From the NCBI GenBank assembly GCA_963795835.1, contig CAWCJC010000010.1:10025-74024 (forward strand): DNA of 64,000 nt, written 5' to 3'. Under the pieces are notes generated by a model. That model was not told the origin of the DNA, searched no databases, and saw only the letters and a list, made by a program, of their open reading frames with translations. Made by a program: the position numbers and the translations under genes. This DNA comes from Bryobacterales bacterium. GTDB lineage: Bacteria > Acidobacteriota > Terriglobia > Bryobacterales > Bryobacteraceae. Shown here piece by piece: positions 9,616 to 19,109 of the stretch (the stretch's first letter is position 1; every line of letters begins with the position of its first letter).

Positions 9616-10347
9616 CTAGAGAATGTCTAACCGGCCGCCGTCGACAACCAGGGTAGTCCCGGTAATGAAGCGAGCTTCATCCGCGGCCAGAAAACAGATT
9701 GCGGCTGCAATATCTTCCGGCTCTCCGACGGCACCCTCCACTTTTTCCGCACCGCTCTTGATGTTAGGGTTGTCCCAAAGCATCGGCGTATTCACGGCGC
9801 CTGGCGCGACACAATTGATCCGAATCTTGAGCGGCGCGAATTCCTCGCTGGCTCCCCTGGTGAATGCTTCGATACCTCCTTTAGACGATGCGTACGGGAC
9901 AACATTCTTCGTTGTCTCGTGAGCATGGACCGAACTTAGATTAACGATCGCGCTGCCTTTTGGCATGTGAGGGACCGAGTACTTGCAGAACAAGAACACA
10001 GAACGAAGATTTACATTCAGGACCTTGTCGAAATCGTCATCCGGCAGATCGACAATTGGTTTAAACGTCATCATCGCCGCATCGTTCACCACGACGTCGA
10101 TCTTCTTCCAGTGATCCAAGGTCATCTTTACCGTTGCTTTAATTTGATCCGGGGAGCCGACATTACACTGGGAAAAGATCGCCTCACCTTTGGCTTGGAC
10201 GATTTCCTGAACGGTTTGATTTCCGTGATCCGAATTCAGATCGACAACAACGACCTTCCCGCCCTCAGCGGCAAAACGTTTGCAGGTGGCTTTCCCGATT
10301 CCGGAACCTCCGCCAGTCACGATACATACCTTGTTGGTGAATCGCAC
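9616..10347 (-). CDS. SDR family NAD(P)-dependent oxidoreductase
   Basis: TGGGSGIGKA cofactor motif, NDAA, catalytic YASSK. 243 aa. Confidence 0.85.
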   Translation of the reverse strand: MRFTNKVCIVTGGGSGIGKATCKRFAAEGGKVVVVDLNSDHGNQTVQEIVQAKGEAIFSQCNVGSPDQIKATVKMTLDHWKKIDVVVNDAAMMTFKPIVDLPDDDFDKVLNVNLRSVFLFCKYSVPHMPKGSAIVNLSSVHAHETTKNVVPYASSKGGIEAFTRGASEEFAPLKIRINCVAPGAVNTPMLWDNPNIKSGAEKVEGAVGEPEDIAAAICFLAADEARFITGTTLVVDGGRLDIL

Positions 10348-10410
10348 GACATCTCCTTTGCAAGCGAAGTGAATAGTGCAAGTCTAGGTCCGTGTTCTAA
10401 CAGCGGCTGT

Positions 10411-12120
10411 CTACTTTAGCCTTTCCGACAGGAGATGTTCAGCGATTCGGATGCCGTTCGCAATGATCGTGAGTGACGGATTGACGGCGCTCGCCGAAAC
10501 GAAAAAGGAGGCATCGACTACATAGAGATTGTCCAAGTCATGGGCTTTACAGTTCACATCCAGCACGCTCGACAGAGGATCGACGCCCATGCGGCACGTA
10601 CCGTTCTGGTGCCCCACGCCTTCCAGCGGAATGCGCTTTTTGAAATATGCGCTGAGGGGTAAAGAAGTTTTGGCGTGGCCCGCCTTCTTAAGCACCTCTA
10701 CCCAGCGGTCTTTCAAACGTTCGAAGGATTCCACATTGTTTGGCGTGTAGGAAAGTTGAATCCGCTTTGGGGCCGCATCCGTCACGAAATCGGATTCATT
10801 CGTACGACCCGTGTCGCCCGAGGGATGCGGACCAGAAACTCCAGGTTGCTTATTGTCGACGCTCAGCGGTGTTGTGTTATGAATCGTTACCCGATTCTCC
10901 GGGTCAGGCAGATCTTCGGTGGTAAGCCACCATGGCATGGCATAGTGTTTGAGACCTTCGAGAACAAAACCCGGCGTGAGACTCGGGGCGTCGCTCTTCA
11001 TCATCTCGTGGTGAAAACTGCCAATTGGCTGCACTTGGCCCAGCGGAAACGGGTATGAGGGGTCGGAATCCTTGAGGTAGAAATCGTTGGTGCCCCAGGT
11101 TTTCGTGTAGCTGTCCTCATTCCGTTGGGTGGTGAGAGCCAGGAGCGCGTCGGCTTGGTGGTACATGAAGTTTCGCCCCACCTGGTCTGACCGGTTGGCG
11201 AGCCCGTTCGGATGCTTATCGTTGGCTGAAGCAAGCAGGACCACGGCCGAATTCACGGCACCGGCGCAAAGGGCGAACATGCCGGCCGCATACGTAGCAG
11301 TGTGCGTGCTTTGGGTGCCGGAACCGGAGTGAACCACTTCTACTTCGGTGACAGCCGTGCCCGCACTATTGGTCACAAGCCGGGTGACGCGCGAGTTCGT
11401 CATCAGCGTCACATTAGGCAGGCCAAGAATCTCCCGAATGCAATTGATATCGGCATCGGATTTTGCGTGAACCAGGCAGGGATAGGCATCGCAGGTGTCG
11501 CAACGGATGCACTTTGAGGCCAGCGGGTCCGTGTCATTCCGCTTCAATCCCAGGGGCATGGGAAACGTATTGATTCCCAGCTTACGAACGTCATCCTCGA
11601 TGCTTTGCATATGAGGTTCATTGGAGAGTGCTGGGTAGGGATACCTTTTTGAGTGAAAAGGCTCAGTGGGGTCAAACGAAGAACCGTAACCGCCTGGGAT
11701 CCAGGGTGCCGTACCCAAATCGCCGTGGACGTGGTACAACTCCTCAGCCTTTGTATAGTAAGGTTCCATGTCGGCGTAGGTGATGGGCCATGCGGGAGAG
11801 ATACCGCCCTTATGCTGAATCACCCCGAAATCTTCCGCACGCATGCGAAACATGGCCGCGCCGTAAACCTTCGTCTGGCCGCCCACGAAATAGGCTTGCT
11901 GCGGGTGTAAATCCTTGCCCTCTTTATCCTGCCATGTCTCTTTTGTGTGGTAACGGTTGTCTAGAAAAACCGCATTCGTGTCCCAATTCAACTTCTCTTG
12001 AGGCATGAACGGGCCCCGCTCCAGGATGAGGATATTCTTACCGGCTTTTGCGAGGTGAAGCGCAACAGCTCCGCCCCCCGCTCCTGTTCCAATTACAATC
12101 GCGTCGTATACGGGGGGCAT
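10411..12120 (-). CDS. GMC family FAD-dependent oxidoreductase
   Basis: N-terminal YDAIVIGTGAGGGAVALHLAKAGKNILILERG FAD fold. C-terminal GMC signature region (GHQNGTCRMG...DASFFVSASAVNPSLTI). Confidence 0.85.
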   Translation of the reverse strand: MPPVYDAIVIGTGAGGGAVALHLAKAGKNILILERGPFMPQEKLNWDTNAVFLDNRYHTKETWQDKEGKDLHPQQAYFVGGQTKVYGAAMFRMRAEDFGVIQHKGGISPAWPITYADMEPYYTKAEELYHVHGDLGTAPWIPGGYGSSFDPTEPFHSKRYPYPALSNEPHMQSIEDDVRKLGINTFPMPLGLKRNDTDPLASKCIRCDTCDAYPCLVHAKSDADINCIREILGLPNVTLMTNSRVTRLVTNSAGTAVTEVEVVHSGSGTQSTHTATYAAGMFALCAGAVNSAVVLLASANDKHPNGLANRSDQVGRNFMYHQADALLALTTQRNEDSYTKTWGTNDFYLKDSDPSYPFPLGQVQPIGSFHHEMMKSDAPSLTPGFVLEGLKHYAMPWWLTTEDLPDPENRVTIHNTTPLSVDNKQPGVSGPHPSGDTGRTNESDFVTDAAPKRIQLSYTPNNVESFERLKDRWVEVLKKAGHAKTSLPLSAYFKKRIPLEGVGHQNGTCRMGVDPLSSVLDVNCKAHDLDNLYVVDASFFVSASAVNPSLTIIANGIRIAEHLLSERLK

Positions 12121-12276
12121 TCATCAACTATGTAATCACACCGGTCTTAGACCATCTTGCGTTTAATCGGCCCTAATGCTCAATAGCGGCAATTCTGCGG
12201 TATCCACCGGAGGGATCTTCTTCATCCCGACTACTAGCTTTGAACTAGGGGAATATTTCCCAAACCAGGAGGGTTT

Positions 12277-12870
12277 ATGAATGTGAGTTTTGCGGGACGA
12301 GCAATTGCCATTTGTGGGCTATGTTGCGGGGCAGCATTGATCCAGGGTTGTGCGAAGAAAGTCGCCATCGCAAGGCCCGCGGCTCCGGCGGCTGTCACGG
12401 CCTCCGCGCCGGCCAAGCCGCAAGTCTCGCCCCAGCCGGCTAAATCGCAAACAGCTATCGCTTCGACACAGCGCGTCTCCGGACCCGATCAGTCTACGAA
12501 AGATCGGATTCAGGCACTTCTCGATCGCATCCAGGACGCGTATTTCGATTACAACGCCGACACGATACGAAAGGATGCCCAATCGACTTTGTATAACGAT
12601 TCTGTGGCCTTATCGCAAATCCTGCGGCAGTACCCCAATTACAAGCTCACGATTGAAGGCTTTTGCGATGAGCGAGGGTCTGAAGAATACAACCTGGCCT
12701 TGGGCGACACGCGCGCGAAGAATGCGAAGAGTTACTTAGAAAACTGCGGCGTCTCCGGAGGTCAGATCAAAACGGTCAGCTTCGGAAAAGAACGCCAGAT
12801 TTGCTCGGATCACACTGAAGCTTGCTGGCAAATGAATCGCAGAATTCACATCACCCAGGGACAAAGTTAA
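12277..12870 (+). CDS. OmpA-family peptidoglycan-associated lipoprotein (Pal-like)
   Basis: Lipobox (ALIQGC), Pro/Ala-rich linker, OmpA_C domain (LTIEGFCDERGSEEYNLALGDTRAKNAKSYL...NRRIHI). GGAGGG Shine-Dalgarno sequence upstream. Not in a tol-pal context. Confidence 0.8.
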   Translation: MNVSFAGRAIAICGLCCGAALIQGCAKKVAIARPAAPAAVTASAPAKPQVSPQPAKSQTAIASTQRVSGPDQSTKDRIQALLDRIQDAYFDYNADTIRKDAQSTLYNDSVALSQILRQYPNYKLTIEGFCDERGSEEYNLALGDTRAKNAKSYLENCGVSGGQIKTVSFGKERQICSDHTEACWQMNRRIHITQGQS

Positions 12871-12879
12871 GGAGAAGGT

Positions 12880-13308
12880 ATGAAACGAAAAGATTTTGTT
12901 CTGTATCTAGGCGTGGTTGTGTTTACTTCGGTTGTGCCGATTCAAGTATGGGCCGCTAACGATGACCCCTCCTACTCAGGAACATGGCAGGCCGAGGACA
13001 AGACATCGGAGTTAGTGGTCGAGCAGAATGGAGACGCCATACACGTGACGGAGCAACGTGGGGGAAAAACGCTTTCGGATTACACGTGTAAGTCGGACGG
13101 CAAAGACTGCAGCTTCAAGGAAGAGGGCAAAAAGGCGAAAGTTTCCGTCTATTTCAACGGGCCGAAACTGGTGGAGATCCGCACGCGGGGAGACGTCGTA
13201 ATAAAGCGTCGTTTCGGGCTGAAGAATGACGGCAAAACCCTGGAAGTGGAATTCATGCCCATTGTGCCTCCCGGCAAAACCGAAACAGCTTTGTACGCGA
13301 AGCAATAG
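12880..13308 (+). CDS. Small hypothetical secreted protein
   Basis: Signal peptide (FVLYLGVVVFTSVVPIQVWA). Lies 9 nt downstream of the Pal-like gene. No recognisable family. Confidence 0.5.
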   Translation: MKRKDFVLYLGVVVFTSVVPIQVWAANDDPSYSGTWQAEDKTSELVVEQNGDAIHVTEQRGGKTLSDYTCKSDGKDCSFKEEGKKAKVSVYFNGPKLVEIRTRGDVVIKRRFGLKNDGKTLEVEFMPIVPPGKTETALYAKQ

Positions 13309-13354
13309 TCAGCCCGTCGTCCAATTGCGGTATCCTACTGCGCGGGACCGCACC

Positions 13355-14701
13355 GTGCGAAGACGAATTTGGCCGCTCCTTCTTCTGGGATTCGGGACCC
13401 ATCTTTTCCTGATCGGGTTTGCCGGATTCAGCGCCCTGCAACGTGCTACAGAAAGCTATTCCGGCACCACCGCCCTGTACGCGAGAGAAGTGCAAACAGA
13501 GCGGCTGCTTGGCGATCTTCGTTCGGATGTCTTGTTGTCCGCAATTGAAGCCCGCGATATGTTCCTACTGCCTTCGTTGGGCGCGGAGCGGCAAGCACGG
13601 CTTGCGCGATTGAGGCAGTTGTCACACGCCGCTCTCCACGACCTTACTCCCATTATCCCGGCCGAGTATAAAGGGCGGCTGGATACGCTGGCACAACAAA
13701 TGAATGCCTACTGGGACGTGCTTTCGGCAATCCCGGCTTCCCCCTCTGTATTGAAGAGTGAGTTGCATGAGAGATTTCTCATCGACCAAATTTTGCCAAA
13801 GCGGCAGATCGTGCTCAACCTTGCTGCTGAAATGGAGACGCTCACTCGTGACAGTATCCGCAAACACCGGAACGAAATCGATAGCCGACAGGCAGGACTT
13901 CCCCTTTACGTTGCGGAGGCGATTGGCGGAACTCTGCTGATCGGGATGCTGGTAGCGGTGGCGAGTTTGGCCGGCATCGCCCGATTAGAGCGAATCGCCG
14001 CGGAGCGCCATCGAGCTGTTGCCGATAAAGAAGAGGAACTGCGCCGGTTGTCGCAAAAACTGGTAAAGGCACAGGAAGAAGAGCGGCGTTCGCTCTCACG
14101 AGACTTGCACGATCAAATCGGGCAGGTGCTTACCGCGGTGCGTATTAGCGTGGGCAACGTCGAGCAGGCGCTTCATAATCCCACGGGTGCAGCAAAGGCG
14201 GAGATCCATCTGGAGCAGGCGAAGCGGCTTTCGGAACAAGCCTTACGTTCGGTGCGGGAAATTGCCATGGGACTGCGGCCCGCCATGCTGGACGACCTTG
14301 GTCTGGGCGCGGCTCTCGAATGGCAGGCACGTCAATTTTCGCGATTGTGCGATATACCCGTGATCGCTCAAGTGGGCGGCGACTTAGATGGGCTTTCCGA
14401 AGCTCAACGAGTGTGCGTCTATCGTGTGGTGCAGGAGGCTTTAAATAACGCGGCTAAGCACGCCAACGCTAGTGAAATCCTGATCGCGGTTTCGGGAACG
14501 GAAACGGATATCCGGATCGAGGTTCGGGATAACGGCGCCGGCTTCAATTCCGCACTGAGGAACGAACCCGGCTTGGGCCTGGTCGGGATCAAGGAACGTG
14601 TCCGGCAATTGGGCGGGGATGCTGATGTTTCTTCGCGCCCGGGGTCCGGCACTACGCTGCTGGCGCACATTCCTCTGCGCTTTTCACCCGAAGCCGCATG
14701 A
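13355..14701 (+). CDS. Sensor histidine kinase, HisKA_3/NarX-LiaS type (HK1)
   Basis: Two TM helices flank a roughly 180-aa periplasmic part. H-box is SRDLHDQIGQVL. HATPase_c motifs are QEALNNAAKHA, DNGAGF, GLGLVGIKERV. A GTG at 13355 is the likely start, because ORF-track start 13226 overlaps the previous gene. Confidence 0.85.
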   Translation: MRRRIWPLLLLGFGTHLFLIGFAGFSALQRATESYSGTTALYAREVQTERLLGDLRSDVLLSAIEARDMFLLPSLGAERQARLARLRQLSHAALHDLTPIIPAEYKGRLDTLAQQMNAYWDVLSAIPASPSVLKSELHERFLIDQILPKRQIVLNLAAEMETLTRDSIRKHRNEIDSRQAGLPLYVAEAIGGTLLIGMLVAVASLAGIARLERIAAERHRAVADKEEELRRLSQKLVKAQEEERRSLSRDLHDQIGQVLTAVRISVGNVEQALHNPTGAAKAEIHLEQAKRLSEQALRSVREIAMGLRPAMLDDLGLGAALEWQARQFSRLCDIPVIAQVGGDLDGLSEAQRVCVYRVVQEALNNAAKHANASEILIAVSGTETDIRIEVRDNGAGFNSALRNEPGLGLVGIKERVRQLGGDADVSSRPGSGTTLLAHIPLRFSPEAA

Positions 14702-15342
14702 CGCGCATCTTGCTTGCGGACGACCACGGGATTGTCCGTCAAGGTTTGCGCGCCGTCTTGGCGCGCGAGACTTCTTTGGAAGTAATCGGTGAGAGCAGCG
14801 ACGGCCGCGAGGCGGTGCGACTGGCTGAAGCGTTACAGCCTAATGTGGTGATCATGGATATCTCCATGCCGCAATTGAATGGAATCGAGGCGGCGAAGCA
14901 GATCGTCAAAGCCAGCCCGCGTACTCACATCATTATCCTGAGCATGCACTCCGATGAAACGTACCTGATCCGGGCCCTGCAAGCGGGAGTGAAAGGGTAT
15001 CTACTGAAGGAATCGGCGGAAGAAGATCTGATTCGAGCGGTCCGGATGGTTGCGCAGGGTAAGACGTTTTTCAGCCCCGCTGTCACGAACGCATTACTCG
15101 CGGATTACATGCGCGACATGCAACAGCGAAACCTGCGGGATTCATACGACCTCCTTACGGAACGCGAAAGAGAAGTGCTTCAACTGTTGGCGGAGGGAAA
15201 GTCGAACAAGGAAGCGGCAACGGTTCTGGACGTCAGTACGAACACGGTCGAAACTCATCGTACGAATTTGATGCAGAAGCTCGGGCTGCATAATACAGCG
15301 GAGATCGTGCTTTACGCCGTGCGCAAGAAGATTATTCAGTGA
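14698..15342 (+). CDS. NarL/FixJ-family response regulator (RR1)
   Basis: REC domain (ILLADDH...MDISMP) plus LuxR-type HTH (LTEREREVLQLLAEGKSNKEAA...TVETHRTNLMQKL). ATGA overlap with HK1. Confidence 0.9.
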   Translation: MTRILLADDHGIVRQGLRAVLARETSLEVIGESSDGREAVRLAEALQPNVVIMDISMPQLNGIEAAKQIVKASPRTHIIILSMHSDETYLIRALQAGVKGYLLKESAEEDLIRAVRMVAQGKTFFSPAVTNALLADYMRDMQQRNLRDSYDLLTEREREVLQLLAEGKSNKEAATVLDVSTNTVETHRTNLMQKLGLHNTAEIVLYAVRKKIIQ

Positions 15343-15372
15343 GCGGAGCCGGTAATCTCACCTTGAACGCGG

Positions 15373-15407
15373 AAAGGGCGAGGCCTCATATTGAGACCCC
15401 GCCCTTT
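15373..15407. terminator. Hairpin between convergent genes (candidate bidirectional terminator)
   Basis: AAAGGGCG (15373-15380) pairs with CGCCCTTT (15400-15407). T-rich tract follows (ttgccgcttttcgtt). Sits between the RR1 stop and the htrA stop. Confidence 0.45.
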
Positions 15408-15432
15408 TGCCGCTTTTCGTTGTTCGCTTGAT

Positions 15433-16917
15433 TTAAACAGCCAGGTACAACTTGTTGCCGCCCCGGTTCACCAAGAGCAAGGAATCGCCCTTGGACTTGC
15501 CGATAGCGCTGGTGAAATCGTCGGAGTTCGCGACCTTGCTGTGGTTCACTTCCTGAATCACGTCGCCTTCTTTCAAGCCGGCCGCTGCGGCGGCGCTCGC
15601 CGGATCTACCCCGGTAACCACAACGCCCTTAGCGTTTTCGGGAAGCCCGGTTTGGTGAGCGGTTTGTGAATCCAGGCTCTGCACGGAGACGCCCTCCAAG
15701 CCGCTATTCTCATTGGTGTGTTCGCCATCGTTCTTCGCCAGCTTGGCACCGGGGAGCGCCGCGGTCATCGCCGACAACTCCTGTGTTTGGCCGTTGCGGA
15801 ACACCTTGAGCTTTAGATTCTGGCTGGTTTCCATCATGGAGATGTTCATGCGGAGTTGATTGCTCTCCAGGATCGGCGTGCCATTTACAGCAAGGATCAC
15901 GTCGCCCGATTGCAATCCGGCCTTCTGCGCGGGGCTATTCGGGGCAACGTCGCTGACCAGCGCGCCTTTCGGATTGTCGAGACCGATAGCCTTCGCGATA
16001 GCCGGGGTCACTTCCTGAACCGTAACTCCAAGATAGGCGCGGTTCACTTGACCGTGGCTTACGATCTGGTCCATCACCTGGCGAGCCAGATTCACCGGGA
16101 CCGCAAAGCCGATGCCCTGATTTCCGCCACCTTGGCCATTTGCCAGAATGGCCGTGTTGATGCCAACCAGTTCACCGCGATCATTCACGAGCGCTCCACC
16201 CGAATTGCCTGGGTTGATCGAGGCGTCCGTCTGGATGAAGTCTTCGTAGTCCTCGATTCCTAAATTGGCGCGCCCCGTGGCACTAACGATGCCGGCCGTC
16301 ACGGTCTGGCCTACGCCGTATGGATTGCCGATGGCAAGCACGGCATCCCCCACCTGGAGTTTCGAAGAATTTCCGATGGTCAAGGAGGGGAGATCATGAG
16401 CATCGATTCTGATTACGGCGATATCGGTTTTCGGGTCTGTACCGATTACCTTGGCCTTGAACTCGCGCCGGTCCGGCAGAGTAACGCGAACGTCCGTCGC
16501 GCCGTCGACGACGTGGTTATTGGTGAGGATGTAGCCATCCGTGCTGATGATGACACCGGAGCCAAGCCCGCCTTCACGGTGCGACTGGGGCGGCGCTTGA
16601 AAGTTTCGGCCGCCTCTCATATTGCCACCGAAAAATTGACGGAACATGTCCTCTGAGTCGCCACCCTGGCCTTCAAAAGCGGTAGGAGTTTTGACGATTT
16701 TGGACGCTGAGATTTTTACTACCGCCGGCATTGCGGCTTTCGCCGCGGACGACAATGTTACCCGCGCCGAACCCTCGTTAGGATCGGCAAGTTTTAAGTG
16801 AACGTGGGCGGCATCGATCGCCGCATGGGCTGCAATCAGGCCTCCGCCGAGAACCAGAACGGCGGCGGCGAGCTGAAGTCTGAAGGGTTTTAGGTGCAAA
16901 AACGAAAATGGTTTCAA
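15433..16917 (-). CDS. htrA: Periplasmic serine endoprotease, DegP/HtrA (Do) family with two PDZ domains
   Basis: Signal/TM N-terminus. Catalytic triad context (TNNHVV, D..TDIAVIRI, GNSGGALVN). Two PDZ-like segments. Confidence 0.9.
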   Translation of the reverse strand: MKPFSFLHLKPFRLQLAAAVLVLGGGLIAAHAAIDAAHVHLKLADPNEGSARVTLSSAAKAAMPAVVKISASKIVKTPTAFEGQGGDSEDMFRQFFGGNMRGGRNFQAPPQSHREGGLGSGVIISTDGYILTNNHVVDGATDVRVTLPDRREFKAKVIGTDPKTDIAVIRIDAHDLPSLTIGNSSKLQVGDAVLAIGNPYGVGQTVTAGIVSATGRANLGIEDYEDFIQTDASINPGNSGGALVNDRGELVGINTAILANGQGGGNQGIGFAVPVNLARQVMDQIVSHGQVNRAYLGVTVQEVTPAIAKAIGLDNPKGALVSDVAPNSPAQKAGLQSGDVILAVNGTPILESNQLRMNISMMETSQNLKLKVFRNGQTQELSAMTAALPGAKLAKNDGEHTNENSGLEGVSVQSLDSQTAHQTGLPENAKGVVVTGVDPASAAAAAGLKEGDVIQEVNHSKVANSDDFTSAIGKSKGDSLLLVNRGGNKLYLAV

Positions 16918-16991
16918 GTGAATCTCCTTTGGAATATCGGCGTTTCTCCGCGCCTGATAGACAGACGCGTCCGCTCCCGATCCGGTGCATC

Positions 16992-17027
16992 CCGGTGAGT
17001 CGGTATAGTTACGCCGGAGAGTCGGTA
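16992..17027 (-). promoter_or_regulatory. Tandem 14-nt direct repeat in the htrA upstream region (candidate response-regulator operator)
   Basis: CCGGTGAGTCGGTA (16992-17005) and CCGGAGAGTCGGTA (17014-17027) match 13/14, with starts 22 bp apart. Lies between the RR2 stop (17030) and the htrA start (16917). Confidence 0.3.
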
Positions 17028-17029
17028 CG

Positions 17030-17680
17030 CTACGAAATCAGGCCTTTTCGGACGGCATATAGGATCATTTCCGGCATGCCACGCAGGTTCAATTTCTGCA
17101 TGAGATTGGAACGGTGCGTTTCTACCGTATGAACGCTGAGGTTGAGAAGGTTCGCCACTTCCTTGCTCGAGTTCCCCTCCGCCACCAATTGGAGAATTTC
17201 ACGCTCGCGCGCAGAAAGAAGATCAAACGAGTCTTCCGCCCCGGAGCGTGCGAGCTTGCGCATGTAGTCCTCCAGAAGGACTTTGCTGACAGCGGGACTG
17301 AAGAAGGATTTGCTGTCATGGACGGCCAGAATCGCGCGCCCCAGGTCGGCTTCGGCGGAGTCTTTGAGCAGATAACCGCGGGCGCCGGCTTTCAGCGCGC
17401 GGAGCACGTAACTTTCATCGGAATGCATACTTAACATCACGATGGCCGCCTCTGGATGTGCCGCTGTAATCTGCGCCGCCGCTTCCACGCCATTCAACCG
17501 TGGCATCCCGACATCCATAACGACGACATCGGGTTGCAAAGAATTGAACAAATCCACGGCTTCCCTGCCATCATCCGCCTCGCCTACGACGGCAAACTCG
17601 GTGCTTTGTTGCAAGAGGATTCGCAGGCCGGAACGCATCAATTTATGATCGTCCGCCAGAAGTACACGGATTGGTTTCAT
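17030..17680 (-). CDS. NarL/FixJ-family response regulator (RR2), paralogue of RR1
   Basis: Starts at MKPIRVLLADDH. The ORF-track N-terminal extension to 17941 overlaps the kinase. REC plus LuxR HTH (LSAREREILQLVAEGNSSKEVA...TVETHRSNLMQKL). ATGA overlap with HK2. Confidence 0.9.
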   Translation of the reverse strand: MKPIRVLLADDHKLMRSGLRILLQQSTEFAVVGEADDGREAVDLFNSLQPDVVVMDVGMPRLNGVEAAAQITAAHPEAAIVMLSMHSDESYVLRALKAGARGYLLKDSAEADLGRAILAVHDSKSFFSPAVSKVLLEDYMRKLARSGAEDSFDLLSAREREILQLVAEGNSSKEVANLLNLSVHTVETHRSNLMQKLNLRGMPEMILYAVRKGLIS

Positions 17681-19009
17681 GCGAGCGGCACGCTTGCTGC
17701 AATGCTGGTGCCGGAACCGGGTTTGGACTCGATCGATAAGATACCGTGAAGCATACGGAGCCGTTCTTTCATGCCCAGGATGCCGAGTCCGCGGCTGCGG
17801 TCGGGGTCGAAACCCTTTCCGTCGTCCCGTACCGTTAAAGCGATCTGCCGTTGATCCTGCCGAAGGGTGACCCAGGCATGACGCGCGCCGGAGTGTTTGG
17901 CGACATTGTTGAGGGCCTCCTGAGCCAGGCGGTAGAGGCAAATCTTCACGTCGTCACGCAAATCGCCGGGAATCTCAGGTGCATCTACTTCCACCTCCAC
18001 GTCGGTCCTGCGGGACACCTCACGCGCCTGCCATTCAATCGCGGCGACCAAGCCCAGATCATCCAGCATGGAAGGGCGAAGAAGAAGCGCGATGTTCCGG
18101 ACTGAGTTCACGGACGACTCCGCGGAAGAGCGAATCTTTCGGATTGCGTCCTGAACTCGCTCGTTGTCCGCGGGCACAGCCGACGCAAGTCTCCCCAAAT
18201 CGACCAACAGAGCACCGAGAGACTGACCCACTTCATCGTGCAGTTCGCGGGAGATCGTCAAGCCGTTCGCCTTCCTGAGCTTCCATCAGCCGAGCGGAAA
18301 GTTGGGCCTGTACCTCATGGTTCCGCGCTAGCTCCGCATAGCGCGCATGAATCTCCCGCTGTTGAACGGTGATCATAGCCAGGCTGCCTAGCGCAATTGC
18401 CAACGCGCAGCCGAGGAGAACGAAAAGCAGCCGTTTCATCCTGGCGCGCAGGAGTTGGAAATCGGTCAGCAGTTCGGCATTTGCCAAGCGGAGTTGCCCG
18501 GTATTCCAGGACACGATTTCCTCCGCCGCCGCAATTGCTTTGCGTTGACTCGGGAGCATTTCCGAGTTCAACAGCAACCGCACTTGACGATCGTCACGCA
18601 GATCCAGCAGTGTGGCGTAGGTGCGGTCCTGATCCGCGATTAAAGACTCGAGATTCTCAATTAGCCGTTGCTCGTCCGGCTTACGAAGACGGGGATATTC
18701 TCCCATCACCTTTTGCATTTGCCGAAGCATGTTCTTGGCTTGGGGAAACGATCCGCTTTCCGTGCGTTGCAAACTCCTGCGCCAAGTTTCCATAGATGGT
18801 CAGTTTTGATCGGACTTGAACTATGGGTTCGGTTCGGGACAAGAAATTGCGCCGAGCATCCTCTTCGCGGGTCATGCATTTCGCTTAGAGTTCGAAGAGC
18901 ACTCCAAGCCGGTAGCGAGCAAGATCGCCAAGAGCGCGGCAAAGGCCACGGCAAGAAGGAGGCGCGAAGAACGGCCCGGATAAGTCGCGTGTCTCTCAGC
19001 TTTGGGCAT
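17677..19009 (-). pseudogene. HisKA_3 sensor histidine kinase (HK2), paralogue of HK1, frameshifted and probably decayed in its sensor part
   Basis: Robust +1 junction near 18259-18262 (...LMEAQEGERL|TISRELHDEVGQSL...). An ATG at 19009 opens a TM1-like segment (RLLLAVAFAALLAILLATG) in the same frame as ORF 18233-18793. Between 18794 and about 18905 that frame has three stops, while HK1-like residues (..SALRTLSE.., ..VRSKLTIYGN..) appear in the other two frames. Confidence 0.65.
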
Positions 19010-19109
19010 GGGCTGCACTGGTTTAAGCTTACTGGACCAAAAGAAGCTTTAGCGCGGTGCTCTCAGCGGGCCACGGGTCGTGTGGGCCATGCTGGCTGGA
19101 TGACTCGAA

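Noticed and set aside
12277-12870. Calling the OmpA-family lipoprotein the canonical tol-pal Pal
   Set aside because: No tolQRAB or ybgF genes are adjacent. It sits instead at the head of a TCS operon, so it is only called Pal-like.
17681-17941. N-terminal extensions in the ORF track (RR2 to 17941, YncE-like to 62334, ctaF from 32896, actB from 22433, HK1 from 13226, PmoA-like to 7587)
   Set aside because: The extensions overlap the upstream gene and are Arg/Pro/Gly-rich nonsense. Internal starts give proper REC N-termini, signal peptides or Tat signals, plus ATGA-type coupling.
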